Positions 10,021-19,039 of a stretch of DNA of 64,000 bases are shown here, in pieces (position 1 is the stretch's first letter; the number at the start of each line of letters is the position of its first letter). The notes beneath the pieces were generated by a model. The model did no database searches and was not told the origin of the DNA. It was given only the letters and a program-made list of their open reading frames with translations. The translations under genes were made by a program, and so were the position numbers. Source of the stretch: a virus (lineage: Duplodnaviria; Caudoviricetes); the IMG/VR virus record IMGVR_UViG_3300049846_001081; one strand, written 5' to 3'.

Positions 10021-12120
10021 ATGGCAGCTCCTGTTTTACAGTTTAAGAGAGGTCTTCTTGCTAATCTCCCTGGACTGAGGGTAGGTGAACCTGGATTTAC
10101 AACCGATTCTTACGACCTCTATGTTGGTATTGATAGTACCACAACTAATAATAAATTCTTTGGTTCACATAGATATTGGACTAAAGGAACTGCCTCTACA
10201 GGTAGCGGTGTAAACTTTGTAGAAGGTACAACAAACGGGACGCAGTATATTACCCTTAAGGGACCAGATAATTTATCAGGTATTACAACTTATACCTTCC
10301 CAGCAACTCCAACTGCTGATTACTTCCTAAAGACTAATGCAAGTGGTGACCTGTCCTGGGCAGCAGTCACATTAAATTCTTTTGCTGGTATTGTTACCTT
10401 TACTGATACTACAGATAATACATTAGGTAATGCAAATACTGGTTCCGTTCAGTTTGATGGTGGTGTTGGTATTGAAAAGAATCTAACAGTTGGTGGTAAT
10501 CTTAACGTTCAAGGGTATTCAGAGTTTGTAGGAGTTGCTACATTCAAGGGTGGTACAATCAACCTTGGTGATAGCACTGGTGATGATATCAATGTTGGTG
10601 GTGAATTCGTTTCTGGTTTATTCCCTAACACCACTGCAACCTACGATCTTGGTGATGGATCAAGACAGTGGAGACACGGTAACTTCTCTGGTATTGTAAC
10701 TGCATCAGCTGGCGCTGTTATTGATGCTCTCCGTATTGGTATTACCGCAACTAATGAAATTGATACTTCAAGTGGTGCTTTAATTTTAGATTCTGCTTCT
10801 GGTCAAACAACAATTGATGACAATCTTTCTGTTACTGGTATTGCAACGGTAACAGGTGCATTTGTCGCAAATGGAAACGTAACTCTTGGTGATGCCGCTG
10901 GCGATACAGTTACTGTGAATGGAACTGCCACTTTTGGTCAAACGATCACTGGCACAATTTCAACTGCAACCAGAGCAACTTTAGTTGATACTACTTCAAC
11001 AACAACGAATGCATCATATTATGTTCCTTTTGTTGATACACTTGGTGGAGAAAATGGAGAAACTCTACGTGTCGGCATTGGATTATCTATCAATCCTTCA
11101 ACTGGTGCTGTTGGTGTTGCAAGTGTTTTGAGTGTTGGTACTGGAACAAATTCCTACATTAAAGCAGGTGGTGGTTCCAATGCAATGTTCATTTATTCAA
11201 ATGGAAACGTATCATTCCAAGGGACCATTGGTGCATCTCAAATTAATGGAGCAGCTGGTAATAAAGTTGTCGGACTTGCTGGAAGTGATGCATCTTTTGT
11301 AAATAACGTATCTATTGCTGGCATTGCTACCGTTGGAACTGGTGTTGGAATTACTCAATTCTCATCTTCAGTATCTACAGGAACATCAACTTCTTCTGTT
11401 CCAACATCATCGGCAGTTATCAATTATGTTGGAACTCAAATTGCAGCGGTTGATTTAACAACAGGTATTGCTGGTGATAGTGGAACTGGAACCGTCAATA
11501 CATCACAAACACTCACAGTTGCCGGTACTGCAGGAGAGATTGAAACTTCTGCATCAAGTCAAACAATTACTATTGGACTTCCAAATACTGTCATCGTTGG
11601 AACTGCATTAAGTGCCCCAACACTCTTAACAGCAACTTTACAACATCGTAATGGAACACAAGCTGCGACGATTGATACTTCTGGTAATATCACTGCATCA
11701 CAGAACTTAACTGTTACTGGAAACCTTTACGTTAATGGTTCCACAACACAGGTCAATACATCTTCAATGACTGTTGAAGATCGTACCATTGAACTTGGAC
11801 AAGTTGATGGTTCTGCTCCTTCATCAGCAACTACCTGGGATCTTGGAGTTCTATTTAACTACAACTCATCAGGTGCAAAGAAGTCTGGTGTTATTTGGGA
11901 ACACGCTAGTGGAAGATTTAAGTTTGGTTCTCAAGTCTCTGATGGTGGTGGAACTGACAATGATAGTCCACAGATTACAATCACAGATAATACTGGATAT
12001 GCATCAATTGAAATCAAGTCTCTGTGGATTAATGACTGTGCAGGGACTCATGAAGTTATTTCATGTTCTGGAACAACCAGATCTCTGAATGATATTACAA
12101 TTGACTGTGGTACTTTCTGA
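10021..12120 (+). CDS. Tail fibre-like protein with Mtd-N/hyaluronidase-N-like start
   Basis: 699 aa, G/T/S-rich. N-terminus LQFKRG...GEPGFTTD; C-terminus IDCGTF; ATAAATA at 9992. Confidence 0.75.
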   Translation: MAAPVLQFKRGLLANLPGLRVGEPGFTTDSYDLYVGIDSTTTNNKFFGSHRYWTKGTASTGSGVNFVEGTTNGTQYITLKGPDNLSGITTYTFPATPTADYFLKTNASGDLSWAAVTLNSFAGIVTFTDTTDNTLGNANTGSVQFDGGVGIEKNLTVGGNLNVQGYSEFVGVATFKGGTINLGDSTGDDINVGGEFVSGLFPNTTATYDLGDGSRQWRHGNFSGIVTASAGAVIDALRIGITATNEIDTSSGALILDSASGQTTIDDNLSVTGIATVTGAFVANGNVTLGDAAGDTVTVNGTATFGQTITGTISTATRATLVDTTSTTTNASYYVPFVDTLGGENGETLRVGIGLSINPSTGAVGVASVLSVGTGTNSYIKAGGGSNAMFIYSNGNVSFQGTIGASQINGAAGNKVVGLAGSDASFVNNVSIAGIATVGTGVGITQFSSSVSTGTSTSSVPTSSAVINYVGTQIAAVDLTTGIAGDSGTGTVNTSQTLTVAGTAGEIETSASSQTITIGLPNTVIVGTALSAPTLLTATLQHRNGTQAATIDTSGNITASQNLTVTGNLYVNGSTTQVNTSSMTVEDRTIELGQVDGSAPSSATTWDLGVLFNYNSSGAKKSGVIWEHASGRFKFGSQVSDGGGTDNDSPQITITDNTGYASIEIKSLWINDCAGTHEVISCSGTTRSLNDITIDCGTF

Positions 12121-12141
12121 AATTGAATCTATAATCTAAAT

Positions 12142-12170
12142 AGAGGGAGTTTATATCTCCCTCTTTTTTT
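12142..12170 (+). terminator. Rho-independent terminator
   Basis: AGAGGGAG-TTTATAT-CTCCCTCT followed by a T run. Confidence 0.8.
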
Positions 12171-12338
12171 ATGACTGACGATGATCTGAAAGCAGTTCTT
12201 GCAAAATATCAACAGAAAGCATTTGAATTGTTCAATCAAAATATTGTTCTTGAGACGCAAGTAGAACAATTGAATAAAACAATTGAACAGTTACGAAAAC
12301 CAAAGAAAACATCAACCAAGGAAGAGGATTTCCAATAA
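12171..12338 (+). CDS. Small coiled-coil hypothetical protein (55 aa, not in ORF track)
   Basis: ATG 12171 to TAA 12338; MTDDDLKAVLAKYQQKAFELFNQNIVLETQVEQL... Confidence 0.65.
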   Translation: MTDDDLKAVLAKYQQKAFELFNQNIVLETQVEQLNKTIEQLRKPKKTSTKEEDFQ

Positions 12339-12393
12339 ATAATAAAAACTCTTATATAAGAGTTCTACGGTTTATACCATCATATGAGGTTGA

Positions 12394-14793
12394 ATGGCAA
12401 ATCCAATCATTAAGATTAAGAGATCGGCTGTTGCCGGTAAAATTCCCACGACGACAAGTTTGGAACTTGGGGAATTAGCCATTAACACATATGATGGTAA
12501 AGTTTATATTGAACAAGACCAAGGAGCTGTTGGCGTAGGAACTACGATCATAGTAGTTAATCCTTGGTCTGTAGGAACAGGAACAGATACATATAACACA
12601 TATTTTACTGCCGGTAATGTTGGTGTTGGAACCACAAATCCAGGATCAAAACTTACTATTAATGGTGCAGTACAAATACAACAAGATTCTGGTTCTAATA
12701 ATAGACTCATTTTTAGAGGACAACCTGGATCTTCTTATCGTTGGAATATTGATAACTATTCATCCTCCAATGAATTTAGAATTTTTAGAGAAGATGATGC
12801 TACTGCGGCAAATGGATTTGCTCCCTTTAGTATTAGCACTACAGGTACTTTAACTGCTAATAAATTTTCTGGTGATGGTTCATTACTAACTAATCTTCCT
12901 AGTAGCGGTGGTTCATCACAATGGGTTACAACATCAGTAGGTATTCATACACTTTCTAATGTTGGAATAGGAACCACAAATCCAACATCAAAACTTACTG
13001 TTTCTGGTAATGCTTCAATTACTGGTATACTTACAGCAGACCAAGTATACACATCAAATAATGGTAACGGACAAAATATAAGAATAGGTGATGATTTTTG
13101 GTTGGGTGATGTTAATGTAGCAGATACTACACGTTTTTCTGGTGCTCAAGATAGCACCAGAGCGTTTGTTATTTTTGGTAGTTCTGATGCTGTTGCATTG
13201 GGAAGAACTGGAACAGGTCCTTTATATTATGGGGGAAATTTTAATGTTGCGGGCGTAATTACAGCGTCAAGTTTCTCTGGCAATGCTTCAAGTGCTACTT
13301 ATGCGACTTCATCGGGAATAGCAACTTATGCTACAACAGCAGGAGTTTCTACATCAGTCATAGGTGGAATTGCATCTGTTACTTCTTTGAGTGTTTCTGG
13401 TTTTGCTACTGCAACTGAATTTGATATTTCTGGAAGTACAAATACCTTAAACGCTGGCGGACTTTCTGTTGGTTTTGGAACATTTAATGAGAATATTGCT
13501 GTATCCGGAGTTACTAGATCTCAACATCTTTTTATTACTGGTGTCTCTACATTCCAAGGCACTGTAAATTTAGGCGATGCTATTACAGACCAGATTATAT
13601 ACACTGGTAGAATAAACAGTGATATTATTCCACTATCCGATAATAATGTTGATGTAGGAACAACTTCAAATCGCTGGAGATCTGTTAACGTTGGTAGTCT
13701 TATCAGAACATCCAACTTACTAGTCACTGGAGTTACCACTGTAACTGGTATCACCACAACTCAACATCTGAGAGTTACTGGATTTACTACTGTTTCCAAT
13801 GCATCCATTACTGGTGTTGCAACTGTTGGATCTAACTTAGCAGTTGCTGGAGTTACAACAACTCAACACCTAAGAGTAACTGGATTTACTACTGTTTCCA
13901 ATGCATCCATTACTGGTGTTGCAACTGTTGGATCTAACTTAGCAGTTGCTGGAGTTACAACAACTCAACACCTTCAAATAACTGGCGTTTCAACTTTTGC
14001 AGGCATTGCTACACATACAGCATCCATTTTTGGAACTCAAGCAAATTTCAGCGGTATTGTTACTGCAACTGAATTTGATATTTCCGGAAGTACAAATACT
14101 TTAAATGCTGGTGGTCTCAATGTTGGTGTTGCTACCCTAGGCACTCTTACAGTAACTGGTGTCACTACAACTCAACACTTTAGAGCAACTGGTGTTTCCA
14201 CCGTAGTTAATTTGAATGCTACAGGAATTATCACCGCATCCAGTGGTATTCAAGGCATTGGAATTTATTCAGGTGGAACGTCAATATCCACCGGTATCAT
14301 TACTGCATTAAATTTTGTTGGATCTGGAAATACTTTTGCAGTTGTTGGGAATAGAGTTGATATTAGTATTTCTGGTGGTGGTTCACAAGTTAGTGTAAGT
14401 ACAGTTGCACCAACATCACCAACAGAAGGATCTTTATGGTACAACACAAATCTAGGAAGAACATTTGTATATTATGATGATGGATCATCACAACAATGGG
14501 TTGATGTTGCACCATTCAATCAGGGTGGAACAAATTCTACCGTCACAGTAAGTTCTTCTGCACCAACATCACCAGTTGAAGGACAACTTTGGTATAGCAC
14601 ACTGTTAGCAAGAACATTCATTTATTATAGTGATGGGACATCATCACAGTGGGTTGACGCGGCACCATTTAACACACAAACTGTCAATAAAACTCTAACG
14701 ATTGGGACAAGATCAACCGCAGGAACATTAACACTTGTTGGAACTGGATTAACAATTTCCCTTCGTTCAGGTGTTGGCACAGCGAGTTTCTAA
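12394..14793 (+). CDS. Tail fibre protein
   Basis: 799 aa. IKIKRS...LELGELAINTYDGKVY N-terminus, VGIGTTNP motifs, TTQHL repeats, two APTSPxEGxLWY modules at the C-terminus. Confidence 0.8.
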   Translation: MANPIIKIKRSAVAGKIPTTTSLELGELAINTYDGKVYIEQDQGAVGVGTTIIVVNPWSVGTGTDTYNTYFTAGNVGVGTTNPGSKLTINGAVQIQQDSGSNNRLIFRGQPGSSYRWNIDNYSSSNEFRIFREDDATAANGFAPFSISTTGTLTANKFSGDGSLLTNLPSSGGSSQWVTTSVGIHTLSNVGIGTTNPTSKLTVSGNASITGILTADQVYTSNNGNGQNIRIGDDFWLGDVNVADTTRFSGAQDSTRAFVIFGSSDAVALGRTGTGPLYYGGNFNVAGVITASSFSGNASSATYATSSGIATYATTAGVSTSVIGGIASVTSLSVSGFATATEFDISGSTNTLNAGGLSVGFGTFNENIAVSGVTRSQHLFITGVSTFQGTVNLGDAITDQIIYTGRINSDIIPLSDNNVDVGTTSNRWRSVNVGSLIRTSNLLVTGVTTVTGITTTQHLRVTGFTTVSNASITGVATVGSNLAVAGVTTTQHLRVTGFTTVSNASITGVATVGSNLAVAGVTTTQHLQITGVSTFAGIATHTASIFGTQANFSGIVTATEFDISGSTNTLNAGGLNVGVATLGTLTVTGVTTTQHFRATGVSTVVNLNATGIITASSGIQGIGIYSGGTSISTGIITALNFVGSGNTFAVVGNRVDISISGGGSQVSVSTVAPTSPTEGSLWYNTNLGRTFVYYDDGSSQQWVDVAPFNQGGTNSTVTVSSSAPTSPVEGQLWYSTLLARTFIYYSDGTSSQWVDAAPFNTQTVNKTLTIGTRSTAGTLTLVGTGLTISLRSGVGTASF
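13777..13973 (+). repeat. Intragenic tandem duplication, 102-nt period
   Basis: 13777-13871 is identical to 13879-13973 (95 nt); encodes the 34-aa unit TTQHLRVTGFTTVSNASITGVATVGSNLAVAGVT. Confidence 0.9.
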
Positions 14794-14815
14794 ATACATT
14801 TAAGAGATAAGAACC

Positions 14816-15244
14816 ATGGCAAATAGATTTCCTCTCATTTTCAATTCATCAGCAAATCAAATTCAAGAATTAGCAGCATCTGATAATCTTGACTTGTCTT
14901 CAAGTGGAATTACAGGTGTTACAACAATTACTGCTACTTCTACAGTAACTGCTGCCGACTTTAATTCAACTTCTGATCAAAACTTAAAGGATAATATCAG
15001 AACAATTGAAAACGCACTTGATAAAGTTTCAAGTATCAATGGTGTATTGTTTGAATGGAAATCAACAGGTGATACTTCTGCAGGTGTAGTCGCACAAGAA
15101 GTTGAAAAGGTATTACCTGAAGTTGTTAAAGATATGGATGGAAAGACAGTAAATTATAACGGATTGATTGGATTATTGATTGAAGCTATCAAGGAACAAC
15201 AAGCACAAATAGAAGAACTTAAGTCACAAATCAACAACCAGTAG
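14816..15244 (+). CDS. Peptidase S74 / intramolecular chaperone (endosialidase-chaperone) domain protein
   Basis: SDQNLKDNI...ALDKV..INGV.FEWK...GVVAQEVEKVLPEVV...VNYNGLIGLLIEAIKEQQ.QIEELK is the typical S74 pattern. Confidence 0.85.
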   Translation: MANRFPLIFNSSANQIQELAASDNLDLSSSGITGVTTITATSTVTAADFNSTSDQNLKDNIRTIENALDKVSSINGVLFEWKSTGDTSAGVVAQEVEKVLPEVVKDMDGKTVNYNGLIGLLIEAIKEQQAQIEELKSQINNQ

Positions 15245-15300
15245 ACAGTTTAAGAACTGGCACACCATACCCCGAAACTGGGTTCTTGGCACCCTATAAT
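15244..15300 (+). promoter_or_regulatory. Early promoter with upstream palindrome
   Basis: GACAGTT-TAAG-AACTGGC-AC at 15244-15263; TATAAT at 15295-15300. Confidence 0.65.
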
Positions 15301-15321
15301 AGTTGGAGACACACAAAACCG

Positions 15322-15426
15322 ATGCGGTTCTCCAACCTGGACAGATTGATTTTTGTCACATCCTTCCTAGTTTTTATGAACTGGGGTGTTAGAATCTGTA
15401 ACGTAGCAATCAATGCAGTATTCTGA
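15322..15426 (+). CDS. Small hydrophobic hypothetical protein (34 aa)
   Basis: ATG 15322 to TGA 15426, coupled to the next ATG. Confidence 0.5.
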   Translation: MRFSNLDRLIFVTSFLVFMNWGVRICNVAINAVF

Positions 15427-15881
15427 TGCTTACATTATACACCAGTGGGTACAACTATAGCAAGCGTAGGTGTGCTGATGCTGTAGACTGGTTCATTCAA
15501 AAGTATCTTCCCAAACACAAACTAGAAATCAACATCATTCATCGTGGATTAGCACGAGAAGGAGTTTATGGTTGGTGTACTGTTCTTGATTGTAACTATC
15601 GCCCTCGTGAGTTTGAGATTGAACTTCATAACCAAATGAACACTGACTTATACCTTCAGACCCTCTTTCATGAACTCTGGCACGTTTATCAACACGTTAT
15701 GGGTAATCTAAAGGATAAGCACGGCAAACGCCTCTGGAGGGGCATAGACTACACGCAGACGGACTATGAAGACCAACCATGGGAGATTGAAGCACGACAG
15801 ATGGAAGAACAACTCTACAATGAATACCTAGGAATCAATGACTTTGTTTATTCTTTCCCCAATCGCTTGACACAACCCTGA
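15426..15881 (+). CDS. Putative zincin-like metallopeptidase
   Basis: HEXXH motif LFHELWHVYQH plus downstream YEDQPWEIEA. Confidence 0.65.
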   Translation: MLTLYTSGYNYSKRRCADAVDWFIQKYLPKHKLEINIIHRGLAREGVYGWCTVLDCNYRPREFEIELHNQMNTDLYLQTLFHELWHVYQHVMGNLKDKHGKRLWRGIDYTQTDYEDQPWEIEARQMEEQLYNEYLGINDFVYSFPNRLTQP

Positions 15882-15897
15882 TAACTCTGTACAATGA
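15869..15897 (+). promoter_or_regulatory. sigma70-like early promoter
   Basis: TTGACA-N17-TACAAT upstream of the GGAGG RBS of 15920. Confidence 0.75.
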
Positions 15898-15919
15898 CCT
15901 TTGTGGAGGTTGAAAAACT

Positions 15920-16138
15920 ATGATCTCAATGAAAACTCCTAAGACCAAGAAACAATTCGTAACCGTCACACCCCTAAGTTCCAAGGCAAAGAATCGCTTT
16001 GTGAATATTATGGATTCACTTCATTCTTGTGAGGTGGAGCAGGAAACTACGGATAAGTTCTTCTTAGTTTCTATCAATCGTCAATACTGCTTTTGGATTC
16101 AAAAAACTGGTAACGAACACTGGAAAATCGAGAAATGA
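15920..16138 (+). CDS. Hypothetical protein
   Basis: 72 aa, good RBS, tiles with neighbours. Confidence 0.7.
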   Translation: MISMKTPKTKKQFVTVTPLSSKAKNRFVNIMDSLHSCEVEQETTDKFFLVSINRQYCFWIQKTGNEHWKIEK

Positions 16139-16506
16139 AAAAACTTCTTCTGATTGCGACTCTTCTGTTTTCCTCTCCTGTATTTGCTCAGGAGACGAAG
16201 ACTTATCGCCCTTTCCGTTATGAAAGTCCTTGTATTTTGGAGGCAGGTATTCAAACCTATCCTGATACTTGCGTAATAGTTGAAACCCGCGAAAAGGGTG
16301 GAGCACTTCGCACTCGCAACATTTATTCAAATAAACATGCTCTGACAATCAAAGGTCGCTTTGATAAAGAGAAAGGATATATGACTTGGGACAGTCATAA
16401 TAAGTTTGAATACAAATGGGAATACAAAGTTGGTGGAAATCAGGAACTTGGTGCTTGGACTTATGTAATGCCTGGGTTCTTAGTTCAAAACATAAGTTGG
16501 GATTAA
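16135..16506 (+). CDS. Exported hypothetical protein
   Basis: Signal-peptide-like MKKLLLIATLLFSSPVFAQ. Confidence 0.7.
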   Translation: MKKLLLIATLLFSSPVFAQETKTYRPFRYESPCILEAGIQTYPDTCVIVETREKGGALRTRNIYSNKHALTIKGRFDKEKGYMTWDSHNKFEYKWEYKVGGNQELGAWTYVMPGFLVQNISWD

Positions 16507-16557
16507 TTATTAAAGCTTTATAAACTGTATTAAATAGTGTTAGAATAGGATATTACT

Positions 16558-17462
16558 ATGGTTGTTCTAGTTGCATCAACCATTATCACTTGCTCTCAAG
16601 CAATGAATGTTATTAATCGTGTTCAAAGAGTTGTTGGATTAACCGAAGTTCAAAAAACAGAAATAGTCCAAGAAATCCGTAAAGTTATTCCTTTTTGTCC
16701 CGTTACAGTTAAAACAAATGGAAAATGAGTCACAAGAAGTTAAGTGGAATCGTGGACTTGATTTGTTCATAGAATCAGTTCATAAACCAGATCATGAACT
16801 TCGCCAATGTGCTCACAATCAAAAGTGTTTTAATGAACTCATGGAAGTTCGTGAACACGTTCTAGATTATCTTAAAACCATAAGAAGATGAGTTATTATG
16901 TCTGGTTTGTTGTGTTTTCAGTGGTGGCATATTTCATCTTAACCGATGAAAGTGCCGCTGCTGGTTTTTATTATCTAACAAGAATCATTAAAAACAAATA
17001 TTTGGTATTTCAATGGTGGTTGATTCATAATCCAGCAACACCCTGGGCGCGATATTCAATGTGGAGACGCTCAAATAAACTTGCAAAGGAGTTGATGGAT
17101 GAGTTAGAATCTAGAAATAAATAATCATTATCTGAATAATACATATGCTCTCAACTCAATATCGTCTGCGTGTGGAAGCAATTTGCGAGAAGATTGTCAA
17201 GGGAGAAACAGTAGAGTTAAGTGAAATGATCTGGGTTGAGAAGTTAGCGAAGGCAAATAGGAGTGCCTCTACTCTTTTAAGGCAAGCAAGAAGAAAAGCG
17301 GCAAATCCTGATATGCAAGAGGGTGGTCTTGATGATTTTATGAACGCTTTGGATCTTGGAGATCCTGATCCATCAAATCATCGCAGTCGCTTTGAAAGTG
17401 CTGATGATATTATAGACTTCTTTAGTCGTGATAATGAAGGAGACTGGAAGCAACGTGATTAA
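16558..17462 (+). other. Run of small hypothetical CDSs: 16558-16728, 16718-16891, 16888-17124, 17145-17462
   Basis: Overlapping start/stop tiling on the + strand; the first two were read manually. Confidence 0.65.
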
Positions 17463-17491
17463 TAAAATAAATATCTAAAAAATATTAATTA

Positions 17492-18523
17492 ATGGGAACG
17501 TTTAGTAAAGTTTTAAAATATAAAAAACCAACTCTTCCCATTGACGAGAAGATAAAGAAACTTGATGTTGAGTTGAAGAAAACTCTTGGTGAGGCTATTA
17601 CAAATAGCACACAAGGACTTTATGTTGTAACTGGATTTGAACCTGGTGATCCTGCAATTCCAGAAGTTCCTGCAGTTCCAGCAGTTCCTCCAACATATGA
17701 AAATGTAACTGGAGGACTTTCTAATACAAATGATTTTGTGTGGGGAGATCAGGGAGATGGAAGTAATCCAAATGCTCCAGTTAATATACCTTCTAACTTA
17801 TATACAACTTATAATGGGGAACAAGTAGCAGCACTGAGAACACCAGAAGTTGATCATGGAGAAGGTGTTACTCCACTTGCATTTATATATCATGGTAGAG
17901 CAATTTCTAGTCAAGTTCTTGGTTTTTTGAGTGATAGTGGATTTACTGGGGTTGTTCAAAGTGGAGTATTTACAACTCCAGGTCCATATACAGATCTTCA
18001 ACAAGCGTATCTAGATGCTTGGAATAATTTTGGGGAAAGTGGAATATATCAATATTATACGACAAAAACAATATATCTTTGGGGATCATTAGATTGTCTT
18101 TTTGGATCTTGTTTTGGTGGTTCAGCGTATTCTCCATCTAATCTAACGAATACTAGCACTCCAAAAGCAGACCGTGCTTTGTATGCTTATACAATGGTAA
18201 TACCAACGGATGCAAATGGTAATCCCTTACCAAACAGAATAATGACAGATCCAGGTTCTCCAGAAATTCCTGCAATTCCTGGTGTTCCTGAAGGTCCTCC
18301 TAAACCTGTTGTTATAAGTAGAAATGCATTAGGTGATCCTAATTATTATCCCGGACCCGTTCAAGTTGCGGGATTGACTCCACTTGAAGCTGCGGCACTT
18401 GTTGATATTGTTAGGAAGTCTCCTCCTGGACCAACTAGAACTAATGCAATAAATCAATTGTATCAGGGTTTGCCTGGCGCTAAAAATCAACAACTTCTCA
18501 ACAATCTTATTCGTGGAATATAA
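17492..18523 (+). CDS. Late-promoter hypothetical protein with Pro-rich linkers (possible virion protein)
   Basis: ATAAATA at 17467; PAIPEVPAVPAVPP and PEIPAIPGVPEGPP segments. Confidence 0.6.
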   Translation: MGTFSKVLKYKKPTLPIDEKIKKLDVELKKTLGEAITNSTQGLYVVTGFEPGDPAIPEVPAVPAVPPTYENVTGGLSNTNDFVWGDQGDGSNPNAPVNIPSNLYTTYNGEQVAALRTPEVDHGEGVTPLAFIYHGRAISSQVLGFLSDSGFTGVVQSGVFTTPGPYTDLQQAYLDAWNNFGESGIYQYYTTKTIYLWGSLDCLFGSCFGGSAYSPSNLTNTSTPKADRALYAYTMVIPTDANGNPLPNRIMTDPGSPEIPAIPGVPEGPPKPVVISRNALGDPNYYPGPVQVAGLTPLEAAALVDIVRKSPPGPTRTNAINQLYQGLPGAKNQQLLNNLIRGI

Positions 18524-18960
18524 TGGAAAAAATAATTCATAAAGGAAAAGAAGTTACCTTAGATAACATAACATTAGAAGATATTGAGGAATTGTTTGAG
18601 TTTGATAAAACTATTCTGCTTAATCATAGATTGAGATTGGGTCAAGAATATATTGATACTCATTTTCCAGAAAATCAAAAGTTATTCAAAAAAGTTCAAC
18701 AATCAATTAAAAGAAATATCAAACTTACAGATCCAAAGACTTTTAAGAATGTTAAAGATACACCATCATTTGGTAAGTTACTTTCTGTTGATTACATCAA
18801 TCAAATTGATAGACCAAAAAAGAAGTTGAAGTTGCAGAGCAGAAATAAAAAAACAGCAGCAAGATTTATAAAAAAACCTAGAAAAAAATCTGCGATGGAG
18901 TTAATTGATGCCAAAATAATTCAATTAGAAAAAGATATGAAAAAGACTGGACTTGCATAG
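18523..18960 (+). CDS. Lys-rich hypothetical protein
   Basis: 145 aa, translationally coupled to 17492..18523. Confidence 0.65.
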   Translation: MEKIIHKGKEVTLDNITLEDIEELFEFDKTILLNHRLRLGQEYIDTHFPENQKLFKKVQQSIKRNIKLTDPKTFKNVKDTPSFGKLLSVDYINQIDRPKKKLKLQSRNKKTAARFIKKPRKKSAMELIDAKIIQLEKDMKKTGLA

Positions 18961-19016
18961 TCCAATTTAAAAACCGTCCATTTACCCTTGACTTTCGCGG
19001 TCAGGGGTTTTATAGT
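18960..19016 (+). promoter_or_regulatory. sigma70-like early promoter with degenerate upstream palindrome
   Basis: TTGACT 18988-18993, N17, TATAGT 19011-19016; CCAATT-TAAA-AACCGTCCA upstream. Confidence 0.75.
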
Positions 19017-19039
19017 ATGTGTATTGAAACGCCTTCACA

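Noticed and set aside
147-14447. Minus-strand and alternate-frame ORFs overlapping the tail genes (e.g. 935-1183, 6680-7015, 8833-9294, 13521-13757)
   Set aside because: Shadows of the repetitive coding strand; their own repeats mirror the RCC1 repeats; no RBS or promoter.
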